Shown: positions 1 to 10,259 of the stretch, in pieces
Numbering within the stretch: the stretch's first letter is position 1
How the letters are laid out: each line of letters opens with the position of its first letter
From: an uncultured delta proteobacterium
GTDB taxonomy: Bacteria; Myxococcota_A; Polyangia; Polyangiales; Polyangiaceae
Assembly (NCBI GenBank): GCA_963850305.1
Contig: CAWKKR010000008.1
Span: 1,923,960-1,987,959 of the forward strand
DNA length: 64,000 bases
Direction of reading: 5' to 3'
Position numbers and translations under genes: made by a program
The notes under the pieces: model-generated
The model's database searches: none
Told to the model about the DNA's origin: nothing
What the model saw: the letters and a program-made list of their open reading frames with translations, nothing else

Positions 1-149
1 CCGTCGCCGACCTGATGAGCTACGGCGCGACGCTCCTCCGGCGGGACGAGGTCATGGATGGCGTTCCCGAGATGATCCCCGAGGTCCAGGTCGAAGCCAC
101 GTTCCCCGATGGCACCAAGCTCGTCACCGTCCACAATCCGATTCCCTAG
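1..149 (+). CDS. ureA: urease gamma subunit (5' truncated by window edge)
   Basis: Frame from nt 3 reads [48 protein letters not shown], the conserved UreA C-terminus; directly upstream of ureB. Confidence 0.95.
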   Translation, partial: VADLMSYGATLLRRDEVMDGVPEMIPEVQVEATFPDGTKLVTVHNPIP

Positions 150-174
150 CCCCACCTCAGGAGGCGATACACAC

Positions 175-492
175 ATGATTCCCGGAGAGATTCTGGTTGC
201 GGATGGGGAGATCGAGCTGAACGTCGGTCGGCGCAGTGTGACCATCTCGGTGGCCAACACCGGTGATAGACCGATCCAGGTGGGTTCCCACTATCATTTC
301 TTCGAGACGAACGCGGCGCTCGACTTCGACCGGAAAGCGGCGCGAGGTTACAGGTTGGACATTCCCGCCGGGACGGCGGTTCGCTTCGAGCCCGGGCAAT
401 CGAGAGAGGTCGTGCTCGTGGAGTACGCGGGTGCGCGGCGAGTCTACGGATTTCGAGGGCAGATCATGGGGTCGCTCGAGGTGACGAAATGA
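175..492 (+). CDS. ureB: urease beta subunit
   Basis: MIPGEI...[19 protein letters not shown]...[23 protein letters not shown]-like upstream. Confidence 0.97.
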   Translation: MIPGEILVADGEIELNVGRRSVTISVANTGDRPIQVGSHYHFFETNAALDFDRKAARGYRLDIPAGTAVRFEPGQSREVVLVEYAGARRVYGFRGQIMGSLEVTK

Positions 493-2192
493 TCCGTATC
501 GGCAGGCGCGCATATGCCGAGATGTACGGTCCGACCGTCGGCGACAGGGTTCGCCTGGGCGACACGGAGCTCTTCATTCAGGTCGAGCAGGACCGGACGA
601 TCCACGGCGAAGAGGTGAAGTTCGGGGGCGGCAAAGTGATCCGGGACGGAATGGGACAGAGCCAGCGGACGAACGCCGAGTCCGTGGATACCGTCATCAC
701 GAACGCCCTCCTGGTCGATCATTGGGGGATCGTGAAGGCGGACATCGGGATCCGCGGGGGACGCATCGCGGCAATCGGCAAAGCGGGCAATCCGGACGTC
801 CAACCCGGTGTCGACATCGTAATCGGGCCCGGCACCGAAGTCATCGCGAGCGAGGGCCTCATCGCGACGGCGGGCGGCATCGATTCGCACATCCACTTCA
901 TCTGTCCGCAGCAGATCGAAGATGCGCTGATGTCCGGCGTCACGACGATGATCGGAGGCGGCACCGGGCCGGCCGCCGGGACGAGCGCGACGACGTGCAC
1001 TCCGGGTCCGTGGAACATGCACCGCATGCTCGAAGCGGCCGACGCGTTGCCGATGAATCTCGGGTTTCTGGGCAAGGGAAACGCGAGCCTACCGGCCGCA
1101 CTCGACGAACAGGTCGAAGCCGGGGCCATCGGACTTAAGCTCCACGAGGACTGGGGGACGACGCCGGCGGCGATCGACACGTGTCTGAGCGTCGCCGAAC
1201 GCTACGACATCCAGGTGGCGATTCACACCGACACCTTGAACGAGTCCGGGTTCGTCGAGGACACGATCGCCGCATTCAAAGGCCGATCGATTCACGCGTA
1301 CCATACCGAGGGCGCAGGCGGCGGCCACGCGCCGGACATCATCAAGGCCTGCGGGATCGACTGCGTGCTCCCGTCGTCGACGAATCCGACGCGGCCGTAT
1401 ACGGTTAATACGGCGGACGAGCATCTGGACATGCTGATGGTCTGCCACCATCTCGACCCGAGCATCCCGGAAGACGTGGCGTTCGCCGAATCGCGCATTC
1501 GCCGCGAGACGATCGCGGCGGAGGACATCCTCCACGATCTCGGCGCGTTCAGCATGATCTCCTCGGACTCGCAGGCCATGGGTCGGGTCGGAGAGGTGAT
1601 CACCCGGACCTGGCAGACCGCGCACAAGATGAAAGTGCAGCGCGGCGCGCTTGCGGCCGACTCCGCACTCCACGACAACTTTCGCGTCAAGCGTTACATC
1701 GCCAAGTACACGATCAATCCGGCGCTCGCTCACGGCATGGCCGCGGAAATCGGTTCACTCGAAGTCGGAAAGCTCGCCGACATTGTCCTCTGGAAGCCGG
1801 CATTCTTCGGTGCCAAGCCCGCCATGATCATCAAAGGAGGACTCATCGCTGCCGCGCCCATGGGCGACCCCAACGCGTCGATTCCAACGCCTCAGCCCGT
1901 CCACTACCGACCGATGTTCGGTGCGCTCGGCGGCGCTCTCGGAAAGACGAGCGTCACGTTTCTCTCGCAGGCGGCACTGTCGGCCGGTCTCCCCGAGCGC
2001 CTGGGTCTCCGGAAAACGCCGACTGCCGTTCGAGGCGTCCGGCAGATCAAGAAGCAGCACCTGATCCACAACGACTATCTTCCTCGGATGGAGGTGGACC
2101 CCGAGACATACGAAGTCCGCGCAGACGGCGCGCTCCTCACCTGCGAGCCGATGGCCGAGTTGCCGCTCGCGCAGCGATACTTCCTGTTCTGA
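489..2192 (+). CDS. ureC: urease alpha subunit
   Basis: [35 protein letters not shown]-terminal [14 protein letters not shown] overlap with ureB. Confidence 0.99.
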   Translation: MIRIGRRAYAEMYGPTVGDRVRLGDTELFIQVEQDRTIHGEEVKFGGGKVIRDGMGQSQRTNAESVDTVITNALLVDHWGIVKADIGIRGGRIAAIGKAGNPDVQPGVDIVIGPGTEVIASEGLIATAGGIDSHIHFICPQQIEDALMSGVTTMIGGGTGPAAGTSATTCTPGPWNMHRMLEAADALPMNLGFLGKGNASLPAALDEQVEAGAIGLKLHEDWGTTPAAIDTCLSVAERYDIQVAIHTDTLNESGFVEDTIAAFKGRSIHAYHTEGAGGGHAPDIIKACGIDCVLPSSTNPTRPYTVNTADEHLDMLMVCHHLDPSIPEDVAFAESRIRRETIAAEDILHDLGAFSMISSDSQAMGRVGEVITRTWQTAHKMKVQRGALAADSALHDNFRVKRYIAKYTINPALAHGMAAEIGSLEVGKLADIVLWKPAFFGAKPAMIIKGGLIAAAPMGDPNASIPTPQPVHYRPMFGALGGALGKTSVTFLSQAALSAGLPERLGLRKTPTAVRGVRQIKKQHLIHNDYLPRMEVDPETYEVRADGALLTCEPMAELPLAQRYFLF

Positions 2193-2206
2193 GCTGGAGA
2201 CGACGG

Positions 2207-2683
2207 ATGCGAGTGCAAACGCGCTACGATGGAAATGCTTCGCCGACCGAGATCGTCGTGTTGCGCTTCGATGATCGCCGCAAGAGTCGCCTTCGGACGA
2301 GATCGACGAGCGGCGTAGAGTTCGTCCTTGCGCTCCCGCGCGGCGGAGTGCTCCGACATGGCGACCTCCTGGTAGGAGAGGATGGCACGGTCATTCGCAT
2401 CGAGGCGGCTCTGGAAGAGGTGTCACGCGTAGCATCCGAGGATCCATGGTTGCTCGCCCGAGCTGCATATCACCTGGGCAATCGACACATCCCTCTGCAG
2501 ATCGAGCCCCGTGCGCTCTCGTATCTGCACGACCACGTTCTGGATCGCCTCGTCGAAGAGCTGGAACTGACCGTCGTCGTCGCGCACGCGCGCTTCGAGC
2601 CGGAGGCAGGCGCCTACGGGGGTCACGGACCCGGCCACTCGCACGAGCACTCGCTCGAGGGTGGAGCACACTCCCATGACTAG
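2207..2683 (+). CDS. ureE: urease accessory nickel chaperone UreE
   Basis: RRKSRLR, AAYHLGNRHIPLQI, FEPEAGAYG, His-rich tail. Confidence 0.95.
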   Translation: MRVQTRYDGNASPTEIVVLRFDDRRKSRLRTRSTSGVEFVLALPRGGVLRHGDLLVGEDGTVIRIEAALEEVSRVASEDPWLLARAAYHLGNRHIPLQIEPRALSYLHDHVLDRLVEELELTVVVAHARFEPEAGAYGGHGPGHSHEHSLEGGAHSHD

Positions 2684-3356
2684 CCTGCCGGAGCCGGCGC
2701 TCCTCCGCCTTCTTCAGCTCGCGAGTCCGACGCTGCCGATCGGCGCCTTTGCTTACTCACAGGGGCTCGAATCTGCGTTCGAACACCAGTGGATATCGGA
2801 CGAATCCACTACCGAGCGCTGGATACTGGGGCTTCTCCGCGGACCGATGGCGACGCTCGATGGACCGGTGTTCGCCCGGCTCCACGCCGCCTGGGCGGCA
2901 GACGACACGACCGTGGTGGCGAAGTGGAGTCGTTTTCTGGCCGCGTCGCGCGAAACTTCGGAAATCCGAGCCAACGAGCACCAACTCGGCGGAGGACTCG
3001 CCCGCGTTCTCGCGAGTCTCGGTGTGGCCGACGCAGCCGAGTGGGCGTTGCGCGACGACAGAACCTACGCGGCGATGTTTGCCCTCGCCGCCGCCCGGTG
3101 GGGCGCCCCGGTGCGGCCGTCGATGACCGCGTTTCTCTTCGCGTGGAGCGAAGGTCAGGTCGGGGCTGCGGCGCGCCTCGGGTCTCTGGGACAGACGGCC
3201 AGCCAGCGAATTCTCTCGGAGGGCATCCGTATCATTCCGGCGCTCGTGACCAAAGCGTTGCTGGCCGAAGACGAGGACATCGGATTTTTCGCGCCCGGTC
3301 AGGCGATGATGAGCGCGCTCCACGAAACGCAATACTCGCGACTCTTTCGATCCTAG
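2676..3356 (+). CDS. ureF: urease accessory protein UreF
   Basis: LLQLASPTLPIGAFAYSQGLE ... HETQYSRLFRS. Confidence 0.95.
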   Translation: MTSLPEPALLRLLQLASPTLPIGAFAYSQGLESAFEHQWISDESTTERWILGLLRGPMATLDGPVFARLHAAWAADDTTVVAKWSRFLAASRETSEIRANEHQLGGGLARVLASLGVADAAEWALRDDRTYAAMFALAAARWGAPVRPSMTAFLFAWSEGQVGAAARLGSLGQTASQRILSEGIRIIPALVTKALLAEDEDIGFFAPGQAMMSALHETQYSRLFRS

Positions 3357-3365
3357 GAGGCGAAC

Positions 3366-3980
3366 GTGTCAGACAAACAAGCCCTGCGTGTCGGCGTAGG
3401 AGGTCCAGTCGGCTCCGGCAAGACGGCGCTCGTGGACGCGCTGTGCAAGAAGCTGCGCGATCGCCTCGATATCGCGGTGGTCACGAACGACATTTACACG
3501 CAAGAGGATGCGCTCTTTTTGAAGCGGAGCGGCGCCCTGGCCGAGGAGCGCATCGTCGGTGTGGAGACCGGCGGGTGTCCGCACACGGCGATTCGCGAGG
3601 ACGCCTCGATCAACATCCAGGCCGTGGACGCCTTGTCCGTCAAATTCCCGAAGCTTGACCTGGTCATCGTCGAAAGCGGGGGGGACAACTTGAGCGCGAC
3701 GTTCAGTCCGGAACTGTCGGACCTGACCCTTTACGTGATCGACGTCGCTGCGGGCGACAAGATCCCGCGGAAGGGTGGACCCGGGATCACCCGGAGCGAT
3801 CTGCTCATCATCAACAAGATCGATCTCGCGCCGCACGTGGGGGCCTCACTCGAAGTCATGGACCGCGACGCGCGCAAGATGCGCGGCGAGCGACCGTTCG
3901 TGTTCACGAATCTGAAAGATGGTACCGGTGTCGACCACGTGTGCGACTTCATTCTGCGAGAGGGGCTAGGACACGCGTAG
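3366..3980 (+). CDS. ureG: urease accessory GTPase UreG
   Basis: [10 protein letters not shown]-loop, [22 protein letters not shown]. Confidence 0.98.
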   Translation: MSDKQALRVGVGGPVGSGKTALVDALCKKLRDRLDIAVVTNDIYTQEDALFLKRSGALAEERIVGVETGGCPHTAIREDASINIQAVDALSVKFPKLDLVIVESGGDNLSATFSPELSDLTLYVIDVAAGDKIPRKGGPGITRSDLLIINKIDLAPHVGASLEVMDRDARKMRGERPFVFTNLKDGTGVDHVCDFILREGLGHA

Positions 3981-3981
3981 C

Positions 3982-4017
3982 GCAGCGGTGGACGTCCCTG
4001 CGGAACGTGCCCGCTGC
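3982..4017. terminator. possible bidirectional hairpin between convergent ureG and lolA
   Basis: GCAGCGG...CCGCTGC stem with inner ACGT/ACGT pairing; no U-tract. Confidence 0.3.
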
Positions 4018-4065
4018 TCCGCAGCCCGCCCCGGCGCCCTCCTGCCGCCTCGACTCCTGCGACCC

Positions 4066-4758
4066 CTAGGGCTTGATCACCTTCGTTCCCTTTGGCGGAA
4101 CGAATTTGAATTCGTCAGGTGCCGGCTTCTTGTTGACCACAGGGTTGTCGAAATCGAACGTGTTGCGGTTACCCTGCGCATCAATGAGCATCACTCGCCG
4201 CACCTGGCTCGTCTTGGCATCGACGTAGAGGAGGATCTTTTGATAGGCGGGAGTAGGCTCCTTGGGCTCGCCAACCAGCACCCAGCCATTTTCGAACTTC
4301 GCGCGCTGGGCATCGAGCTTGTGGAGAGTAAATGAACTCTTGATGCTCGCACCGCCGAGCAGGAACGACAGGGCCGCGGGGTACTGGCTCTGTGCCATCG
4401 GCTGCTCGTACATCTGCTTGTTCTCGTCTTCGTAGACCTTGAGTGTATTGCCGTCGGCGACGACGCGGTTCCCGTTGGTGGTGTAGCGCCAGCTCATCTT
4501 CCCGGGCTTCTCGAAGACCACTCTGCCTCGGCTGTCCTTCGTTCTCTCGTATGCCTTGATCGTGAAGCGTTGCTTGAAGTCCGCCTGGAAGGTCTGAGTC
4601 TTGTCGTAGAAGGCTTGAACGCGGTCGGCGATCTTATCCGCGGACGGGTCTGCCTCGGGAGCCGCCGCCGAAGGGGTAGCGGGGGGACCGTCCGGCCCAG
4701 CGAACGCGGTCGGTGCGAGAAGGAGGACGATCGCGGCGGGGAAGAAACGGCGCTTCAT
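4066..4758 (-). CDS. lolA: outer-membrane lipoprotein carrier protein LolA
   Basis: Signal peptide; FQADFKQ, GRVVFEKPGKMSWRY, VADGNTLKVY, FKFVPPKGTKVI. Confidence 0.88.
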   Translation of the reverse strand: MKRRFFPAAIVLLLAPTAFAGPDGPPATPSAAAPEADPSADKIADRVQAFYDKTQTFQADFKQRFTIKAYERTKDSRGRVVFEKPGKMSWRYTTNGNRVVADGNTLKVYEDENKQMYEQPMAQSQYPAALSFLLGGASIKSSFTLHKLDAQRAKFENGWVLVGEPKEPTPAYQKILLYVDAKTSQVRRVMLIDAQGNRNTFDFDNPVVNKKPAPDEFKFVPPKGTKVIKP

Positions 4759-4846
4759 GGGCAGATCTATCTAGCGGAGTAGGACGCGCGCGCCGCTCAA
4801 AAGATTCGGTAGCCCACGGTAAGGCGGATTTTTCCGGTCGCGCGAC

Positions 4847-5428
4847 TCAGTGGGCGCGCCGGGCGACGGCGCTTCGGCGCGATCGGCGCCGGTTCGCGAG
4901 GAGCCGTAGCGCCGGATGATCGGGCAGGTCGGACTGCCGCGCCGCGAGAGCCCGATCGATGGGGCTCCGTCGACAATGCGTGACGGCGAGGGCGAGCGCG
5001 TCGGCGGCGTCGCTCGGGGGCGGCCGGTCGAGCGCCAGGAGAGTGCGAATCATGCGCGCGACCTGCACCTTGTCGGCGTTGCCCTTGCCGGTGATCGCTT
5101 GCTTGACCTGCGCCGGTGCGTACTCCGCAATTTCCACGCCGGCTCGCGCGAGCCCGAGGAGCACGACCCCGCGGGCATGCCCGAGCTTCGCGGCCGCCTG
5201 GACGTCGCGATGGAAAAAGAGCGTTTCCACCGACCCGACGCCCGGCGCGTAGCGGACGAGGACCTCGCGTAGTGCGGTGTCGATGATGGCGAGGCGCGCA
5301 CCGAGCGAGAGCGCAGGGTCGGCGTCGATGACGCCGTGGGCGACGTGCGAGAGGAGATTCCCTTCGGCTCGAATGATGCCCCACCCGAGGTGACGCGTTC
5401 CGGGATCGATGCCGATGGCAAGCACCAC
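4847..5428 (-). CDS. ruvC: Holliday junction resolvase RuvC
   Basis: IGIDPG, SVETLFF, KLGHARGV, EYAPAQVKQAITGKGNADK, DAADALALAVTH; GTG start at 5428 or 5425 (ORF-track N-terminal extension is spurious). Confidence 0.95.
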   Translation of the reverse strand: MVLAIGIDPGTRHLGWGIIRAEGNLLSHVAHGVIDADPALSLGARLAIIDTALREVLVRYAPGVGSVETLFFHRDVQAAAKLGHARGVVLLGLARAGVEIAEYAPAQVKQAITGKGNADKVQVARMIRTLLALDRPPPSDAADALALAVTHCRRSPIDRALAARQSDLPDHPALRLLANRRRSRRSAVARRAH

Positions 5429-5482
5429 CGCCGAATACCAGTGTTTTGCGACGATGGAAAGTTTCCCTGATAGATTTGGCGC

Positions 5483-7000
5483 GTGTCCCGCGACCCCGAC
5501 GTGCTGGTGATTGGGGCGGGCCCGAACGGGCTCGTCGCTGCCTGCGTTCTCGCCAAGAAGGGGTTCCGCGTGCTGGTCGTCGAGGCGAATCCACGGCGAC
5601 CAGGCGGCGCGCTCGGTTCCGAAGAAGCGACGGAACGCGGGTTCGTACACGACGTCGGCGCGGCCTTTTTTCCGTTCGGAAAGACGAGCCAAGCGTTTCG
5701 CGAGCTCGGGGTGGACGAGCACGTGAAGTGGGCCCACGCGCGCTACGAAAGTTGCCACCCGGCACCCGATGGGTCGTTTGCCTGTATCACGCGGAACCCG
5801 GAAGAGGACGGCGCCCTGTTCGGTTCGGCGCGCGACGGGGAAGCGTGGCGGAAGATCGCGGCCTGGCACAAGCGCGTCGAGCCGCAGCTGCACAGATTGC
5901 TCCTCGGGCCTTTTCCGTCGCTGGGCGCGGCGCTCGCGCTCGGTCCTTTGAATTTGCTGCGAATGGCGCGCTTGTTCGCGACGAGCGCGCGAGGTCTCGC
6001 AGAGCGTCATTTCGAAACCGTCGCGGCGCGTCGCGTGCTTCCCGGCCTCGGGTTGCACGTCGACGTCGGGCCCGACGATCATCTCGGTGCCGGTCTCGGC
6101 TACATGCTGGGGCTCGGAGCAACGACCGGTGGGTACCCGGTGCCCGTGGGCGGCGCGCAGCGCATCACGGACGCTCTCGTCCGTATCCTGGAGGCGCACG
6201 GGGGGCGCCTGCGCCTGGGCGCGCGCGTGACCCGCGTCGTCGTGCAGGGTGGGCGGGCGTCAGCGGCGATCCTGGATGGCGGCGAGGAGATTGCCGTCGG
6301 TCGGGCCGTGCTCGCGGATACAGCGCCGCGGGCCCTGCTGCTCGACCTCATCGAGCGGACACACGTGCCGGCGAGCGTCGCGCGAAGACTCGCGAAGTTC
6401 GAGCAAGGCTGGGGCACGTTCAAGGTCGACTGGGCGTTGACCGGGCCCGTGCCCTGGACGCTCGGCGCCGCGAGCGAGAGCGCGGTCGTCCACGCCGGTG
6501 ACAGCGTGGACGATCTCTCCCGGTTCACGCGCGAGGTTCGGGGTGGCCGGTTGCCGGAACGGCCATATCTCGTAATCGGACAACAGAGTTTGCCGGATCC
6601 GTCTCGGGCGCCCGAGGGACACGCGACACTTTGGGCCTACACGCACGTACCCGCCCGCACGGAGGGGGGGTGGGCCGCGCACCGCGAGACGTTCGCGGAC
6701 TCGATCGATGCGCGCATCGAGGAGCTTGCACCAGGGTTTCGCGCGCGCGTCCGCGCCCGTCGCATCGTGACCCCTGACGACTTGCAGAGGATGGACGAAA
6801 ACCTCGTCGGGGGCGACCTCGGTGGGGGCTCGAACGCCTGGAACCATCAGCTCCTATTTCGCCCGCTATTCCCTTATTTCCGGTACCGCATGCCGATATG
6901 CGGCCTGTACCTCTGTTCGAGTTATGCGCATCCGGGGGGCGGCGTCCACGGCATGTGCGGTTACAACGCGGCGTACGCAGCATTGCGTGACGTCGGATGA
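5483..7000 (+). CDS. FAD-dependent oxidoreductase, phytoene dehydrogenase-related family
   Basis: GAGPNGL dinucleotide-binding motif, DPSRAPEG, HPGGGVHGMCGYNAA. Confidence 0.85.
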   Translation: MSRDPDVLVIGAGPNGLVAACVLAKKGFRVLVVEANPRRPGGALGSEEATERGFVHDVGAAFFPFGKTSQAFRELGVDEHVKWAHARYESCHPAPDGSFACITRNPEEDGALFGSARDGEAWRKIAAWHKRVEPQLHRLLLGPFPSLGAALALGPLNLLRMARLFATSARGLAERHFETVAARRVLPGLGLHVDVGPDDHLGAGLGYMLGLGATTGGYPVPVGGAQRITDALVRILEAHGGRLRLGARVTRVVVQGGRASAAILDGGEEIAVGRAVLADTAPRALLLDLIERTHVPASVARRLAKFEQGWGTFKVDWALTGPVPWTLGAASESAVVHAGDSVDDLSRFTREVRGGRLPERPYLVIGQQSLPDPSRAPEGHATLWAYTHVPARTEGGWAAHRETFADSIDARIEELAPGFRARVRARRIVTPDDLQRMDENLVGGDLGGGSNAWNHQLLFRPLFPYFRYRMPICGLYLCSSYAHPGGGVHGMCGYNAAYAALRDVG

Positions 7001-7102
7001 TCGTTTGATCACGCGGCGCCTCGTCGGCGGCGCGCGTCACTGTTGCCTTCGCGCGATGGTTGCGCCCGCATCGTTGCACGGGCTACGTTGCCGATCGCAC
7101 GC

Positions 7103-7726
7103 ATGATGGAGCGAACGTCGTCGCGGATGGACTCGCTCCGGGCCCCGAGCGGGCGCGCCCATTTCAAAGGCGCAGTACTCAAAGAGCTGGGCCCGTGGCT
7201 CCAGAGGGTCTTCGGTAGCGACGCGGTTCGCCGCGCCTTCGACGCAGTACCGGAGGATTTGAGGCGTGGGCTCGATGTGTCCGCGGCGGGTTTCGGCGCG
7301 CTGCCATCAGGTTGGTACGACGCTCGATTGTATCAAACCCTCTTCGACTCATTGATCGAGCACCAGTCCGGCCGTGACCGGACCGCGCTCGCCGAGGACG
7401 CGGCTCGCGTAGTCCTGGGCGAAACCCTACAAGGCATCTATAAACGCCTCTTCGCCCTGATGGCGACGCCTCCACTTTACGCACGCTACGCCCAGAAGAT
7501 GTGGGACACGCACTACGATACCGGTGAAGTTACGATCGAACACGAGGCCCCGATGGTCGCGCGTCACACGGTCTCGCGCTGGGCAGGCCACCACCCCTTC
7601 GCGTGCGCGGTGAACCGGGCGAGCGGCAGAGTGATCTACGAAATGATGGGCCAGAAGAATGTCCGGATCCTGCGTGAGCGGTGCTCGCCTCCCGTCTGCG
7701 AGGCCCTCTACTCCTGGACGGGCTGA
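7103..7726 (+). CDS. hypothetical protein (myxobacterial type; possibly a V4R/HNOB-like ligand-binding fold)
   Basis: KGAVL...LPSGWYD...MWDTHYDTG pattern with C-terminal Cys residues; GC3-biased coding. Confidence 0.55.
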   Translation: MMERTSSRMDSLRAPSGRAHFKGAVLKELGPWLQRVFGSDAVRRAFDAVPEDLRRGLDVSAAGFGALPSGWYDARLYQTLFDSLIEHQSGRDRTALAEDAARVVLGETLQGIYKRLFALMATPPLYARYAQKMWDTHYDTGEVTIEHEAPMVARHTVSRWAGHHPFACAVNRASGRVIYEMMGQKNVRILRERCSPPVCEALYSWTG

Positions 7727-7768
7727 GTTCTCGAGTGGCGCGCCCCGTGAGGTGCTATGCGGGGACGC

Positions 7769-8176
7769 ATGCCGCTCACGGGAAAGCAGCGACAACATCT
7801 TCGCGCCCTGGCGCACCATCTCGAATCCGTCGTGCAGGTCGGGTACGACGGAGCGACGGAGGGCGTTATCGCCCAGATCGACGAAGCCCTCGACGCCCAC
7901 GAACTTCTCAAGGTGCGGATCTCGAGCGAATGTCCGCAGGATCGGTATGACCTCGCCAAGGCGATTGCCTTGGGAGCTCGCGCGGAAATCGTCCAGATCA
8001 TAGGGCGCGTGGTCGTCGCGTTCCGGCGCCGCCCGAGGAAGACCAAGGTGGTCCTTCCGACCCGGAGCGGCGCCGTGCCACGTTCGCGGGATAAGTCGGG
8101 CTCCAAGGGTCGCCCGCCGCGGAAACGTGCGGGGAAGGCCGTTTCGCGTCGAGAAGCGCGGCCGAAGGTGAAGTAG
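7769..8176 (+). CDS. yhbY: YhbY/CRM-domain RNA-binding protein with basic C-terminal tail
   Basis: LTGKQRQHLRALAHHL..VQVG, ALDAHELLKVR, IVQIIGR. Confidence 0.9.
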   Translation: MPLTGKQRQHLRALAHHLESVVQVGYDGATEGVIAQIDEALDAHELLKVRISSECPQDRYDLAKAIALGARAEIVQIIGRVVVAFRRRPRKTKVVLPTRSGAVPRSRDKSGSKGRPPRKRAGKAVSRREARPKVK

Positions 8177-8189
8177 GCTCGCGGCTCCG

Positions 8190-8753
8190 ATGGCAGAAAA
8201 AGTCGCGCGCGCACAGGGGGAAGGTCACCTGGTCTGGCTGGATCTGGAGATGACCGGACTCGATCCGGCGGCCGATGTGATTCTTCAGGCTGCGCTCGTC
8301 ATCACGACGAGGGAGCTCGTCGTGCTCGAGGAGTACGCGTGCGACGTGTGGCAACCGGATGCCGTACTCGAAAGGATGACGCCGTTCGTCCGCGACATGC
8401 ACGAGAAGAACGGCCTCATCGATCGCGTGCGGGCATCCAAGCTCGAGATTGCGTCGGCCGAGAAGCGGCTGATCGAGCGCGTCACCGGCTGGTGCACTTA
8501 CCCCGCCGTGTTGTGCGGCAACAGCGTGGGTCAGGACAAACGATTCGTCGACCGGTGGATGCCTGGCCTCTCCGGGTATCTGAGCTACCGAATCGTGGAT
8601 GTGAGCTCGGTCAAGATCCTATCCAAGCTCTGGTACGGGGAGGCTGCGGTTTTCAAGAAGAGCGACGAGGGCGAACACGACGCCCTGGTCGATATCCGGA
8701 ACTCGATTGCGGAGCTCCGTCACTACCGCGCCAGCCTCTTCAAGCCGGCATGA
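8190..8753 (+). CDS. orn: oligoribonuclease
   Basis: LVWLDLEMTGLDP, MHEKNGL, LCGNSVGQDKRF, HDALVDIRNSIAELRHY. Confidence 0.95.
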   Translation: MAEKVARAQGEGHLVWLDLEMTGLDPAADVILQAALVITTRELVVLEEYACDVWQPDAVLERMTPFVRDMHEKNGLIDRVRASKLEIASAEKRLIERVTGWCTYPAVLCGNSVGQDKRFVDRWMPGLSGYLSYRIVDVSSVKILSKLWYGEAAVFKKSDEGEHDALVDIRNSIAELRHYRASLFKPA

Positions 8754-8774
8754 CCGGGCGGCCTGCGCCCTTGC

Positions 8775-10184
8775 TCAGCACGCGCGATGTCCGCTCGGCG
8801 CGAAGATCTTGCCTGGATTGAGAAGCCCCTGCGGATCGAAGGTACGCTTGAGGTCGCGTTCGAGCAGGATGAGATCCTCGGGCTGCTCGATCGACAGATA
8901 CGGCGCCTTGGTGATTCCGATGCCGTGCTCGCCCGACAGTGTGCCCCCGAGCTCGATCACGTCCCGAAACAGCTGCTCGACGCTGCGGTCGACCGCGGGG
9001 CGCTCCGCGTCTTCGTTCCAGAGGTAGTTGACGTGCAGATTCCCGTCCCCCGCGTGTCCGTACGCGAGCGACCTTACCCCGGACCGTGCGCTCTCCTTCG
9101 TCACGCGATCCAGTAGCTCGGCCAACCGATTTCGGGGCACGACGACATCCTCCGCGATCTTCTTTTTTGCCATGCGCCGGACGGTGTGACTCATGTCGCG
9201 CCGCGCAGCCCAGAGCCTTTCGCGCTGGGCGCCTTCGCGCGCCACCACGAGCTCGAGCGCGTGGACGTCTTCGAGTGCACCGGCGATGCGTTCCGCCTGC
9301 GCTTCGCAATCGCGTTCGTGACCGTCCACTTCGAGGATCAACAAGGCGCGGGCCGTCTCGGCGATCGCATTGCCGGCGGCACGCATCGCAGAGAGCGTGC
9401 TTTCGTCCAGAAACTCGATGCACCGCGGAGTTACCCCGGCTTCGAGCACGTTGCCTACGGCCCGCATCGCCTGGGCGGAACTCTCGAACAGCGCGAGCAG
9501 CGTCGCCACGGCGGGCGGGTTTGGAATGAGCTTCAACGTCGCCTGCCCGAGCACCGCGAGCGTCCCCTCGCTTCCGACGAGCAGCGACGTGACATCGTAC
9601 CCGGTGACGCCCTTCATCGTGCGTCGGCCCGCGAAGAAATGCTGCCCACCGACGAGAAACGCATCCACGCCGAGCACGTAGTCCCGCGTGACGCCGTATT
9701 TGAACGCACGGGGTCCGCCCGCGTTCTCGGCGAGATTGCCTCCGAGCGTGCACGACGCGAGGGAGTTCGGATCCGGTGGATAGAAGAGCCCTTCGGCCTC
9801 TGCCGCGGCATGGAGATCGGCAAGCACCACTCCCGGCTCGACGACCGCGACGCGCTCGCGTCGATCGATGTGCTGGATCCGGTTCATGCCGACGATCGAA
9901 AGCACGATCCCGCCGTACACGGCCGTGGCGCCTCCGGTGCGGCCCGTTCCGGCTGCGCGTGGCGTCACCGGTACTCCCGTCTCGCGAGATACGGCGAGCG
10001 TCCGCAGGATGTCGGCCGGCGTTTCTGCGAGGACGACTGCGTCTGGCGTTCGGCCCGGGACCCCCGAGTCATCCGTGGCGAAACGCTCGCAAGCGTCGCG
10101 GTCGTCGAGCACTTTTGACGGACCGATTGCGCGTACGAGCAGCACTTTCGCTCTCTCGCGAGCTGCCGCCGAGGGGGGTGCCAT
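8775..10184 (-). CDS. FAD-linked oxidase (GlcD/D-lactate dehydrogenase family)
   Basis: YPPDPNS, GGNLAENAGG, GSEGTL, GHAGDGNLH, GEHGIG, DPQGLLNPGKIF. Confidence 0.9.
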   Translation of the reverse strand: MAPPSAAARERAKVLLVRAIGPSKVLDDRDACERFATDDSGVPGRTPDAVVLAETPADILRTLAVSRETGVPVTPRAAGTGRTGGATAVYGGIVLSIVGMNRIQHIDRRERVAVVEPGVVLADLHAAAEAEGLFYPPDPNSLASCTLGGNLAENAGGPRAFKYGVTRDYVLGVDAFLVGGQHFFAGRRTMKGVTGYDVTSLLVGSEGTLAVLGQATLKLIPNPPAVATLLALFESSAQAMRAVGNVLEAGVTPRCIEFLDESTLSAMRAAGNAIAETARALLILEVDGHERDCEAQAERIAGALEDVHALELVVAREGAQRERLWAARRDMSHTVRRMAKKKIAEDVVVPRNRLAELLDRVTKESARSGVRSLAYGHAGDGNLHVNYLWNEDAERPAVDRSVEQLFRDVIELGGTLSGEHGIGITKAPYLSIEQPEDLILLERDLKRTFDPQGLLNPGKIFAPSGHRAC

Positions 10185-10259
10185 CGAGTCGACTCCGGAC
10201 TCCACGGACGAATCGTAGCGCCGCGTCACGCCGGAGGGTAGAGAACTCGCGGAGGGCAC

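Noticed and set aside
1..3980. Urease operon missing ureD
   Set aside because: ureD commonly precedes ureA, which is cut by the window edge, so absence cannot be claimed.
5429..6199. Long N-terminal extension on RuvC (and on the vWA, MqsA and nuclease ORFs in the track)
   Set aside because: The extensions overlap neighbouring real genes; family N-termini start at the internal codons used above.
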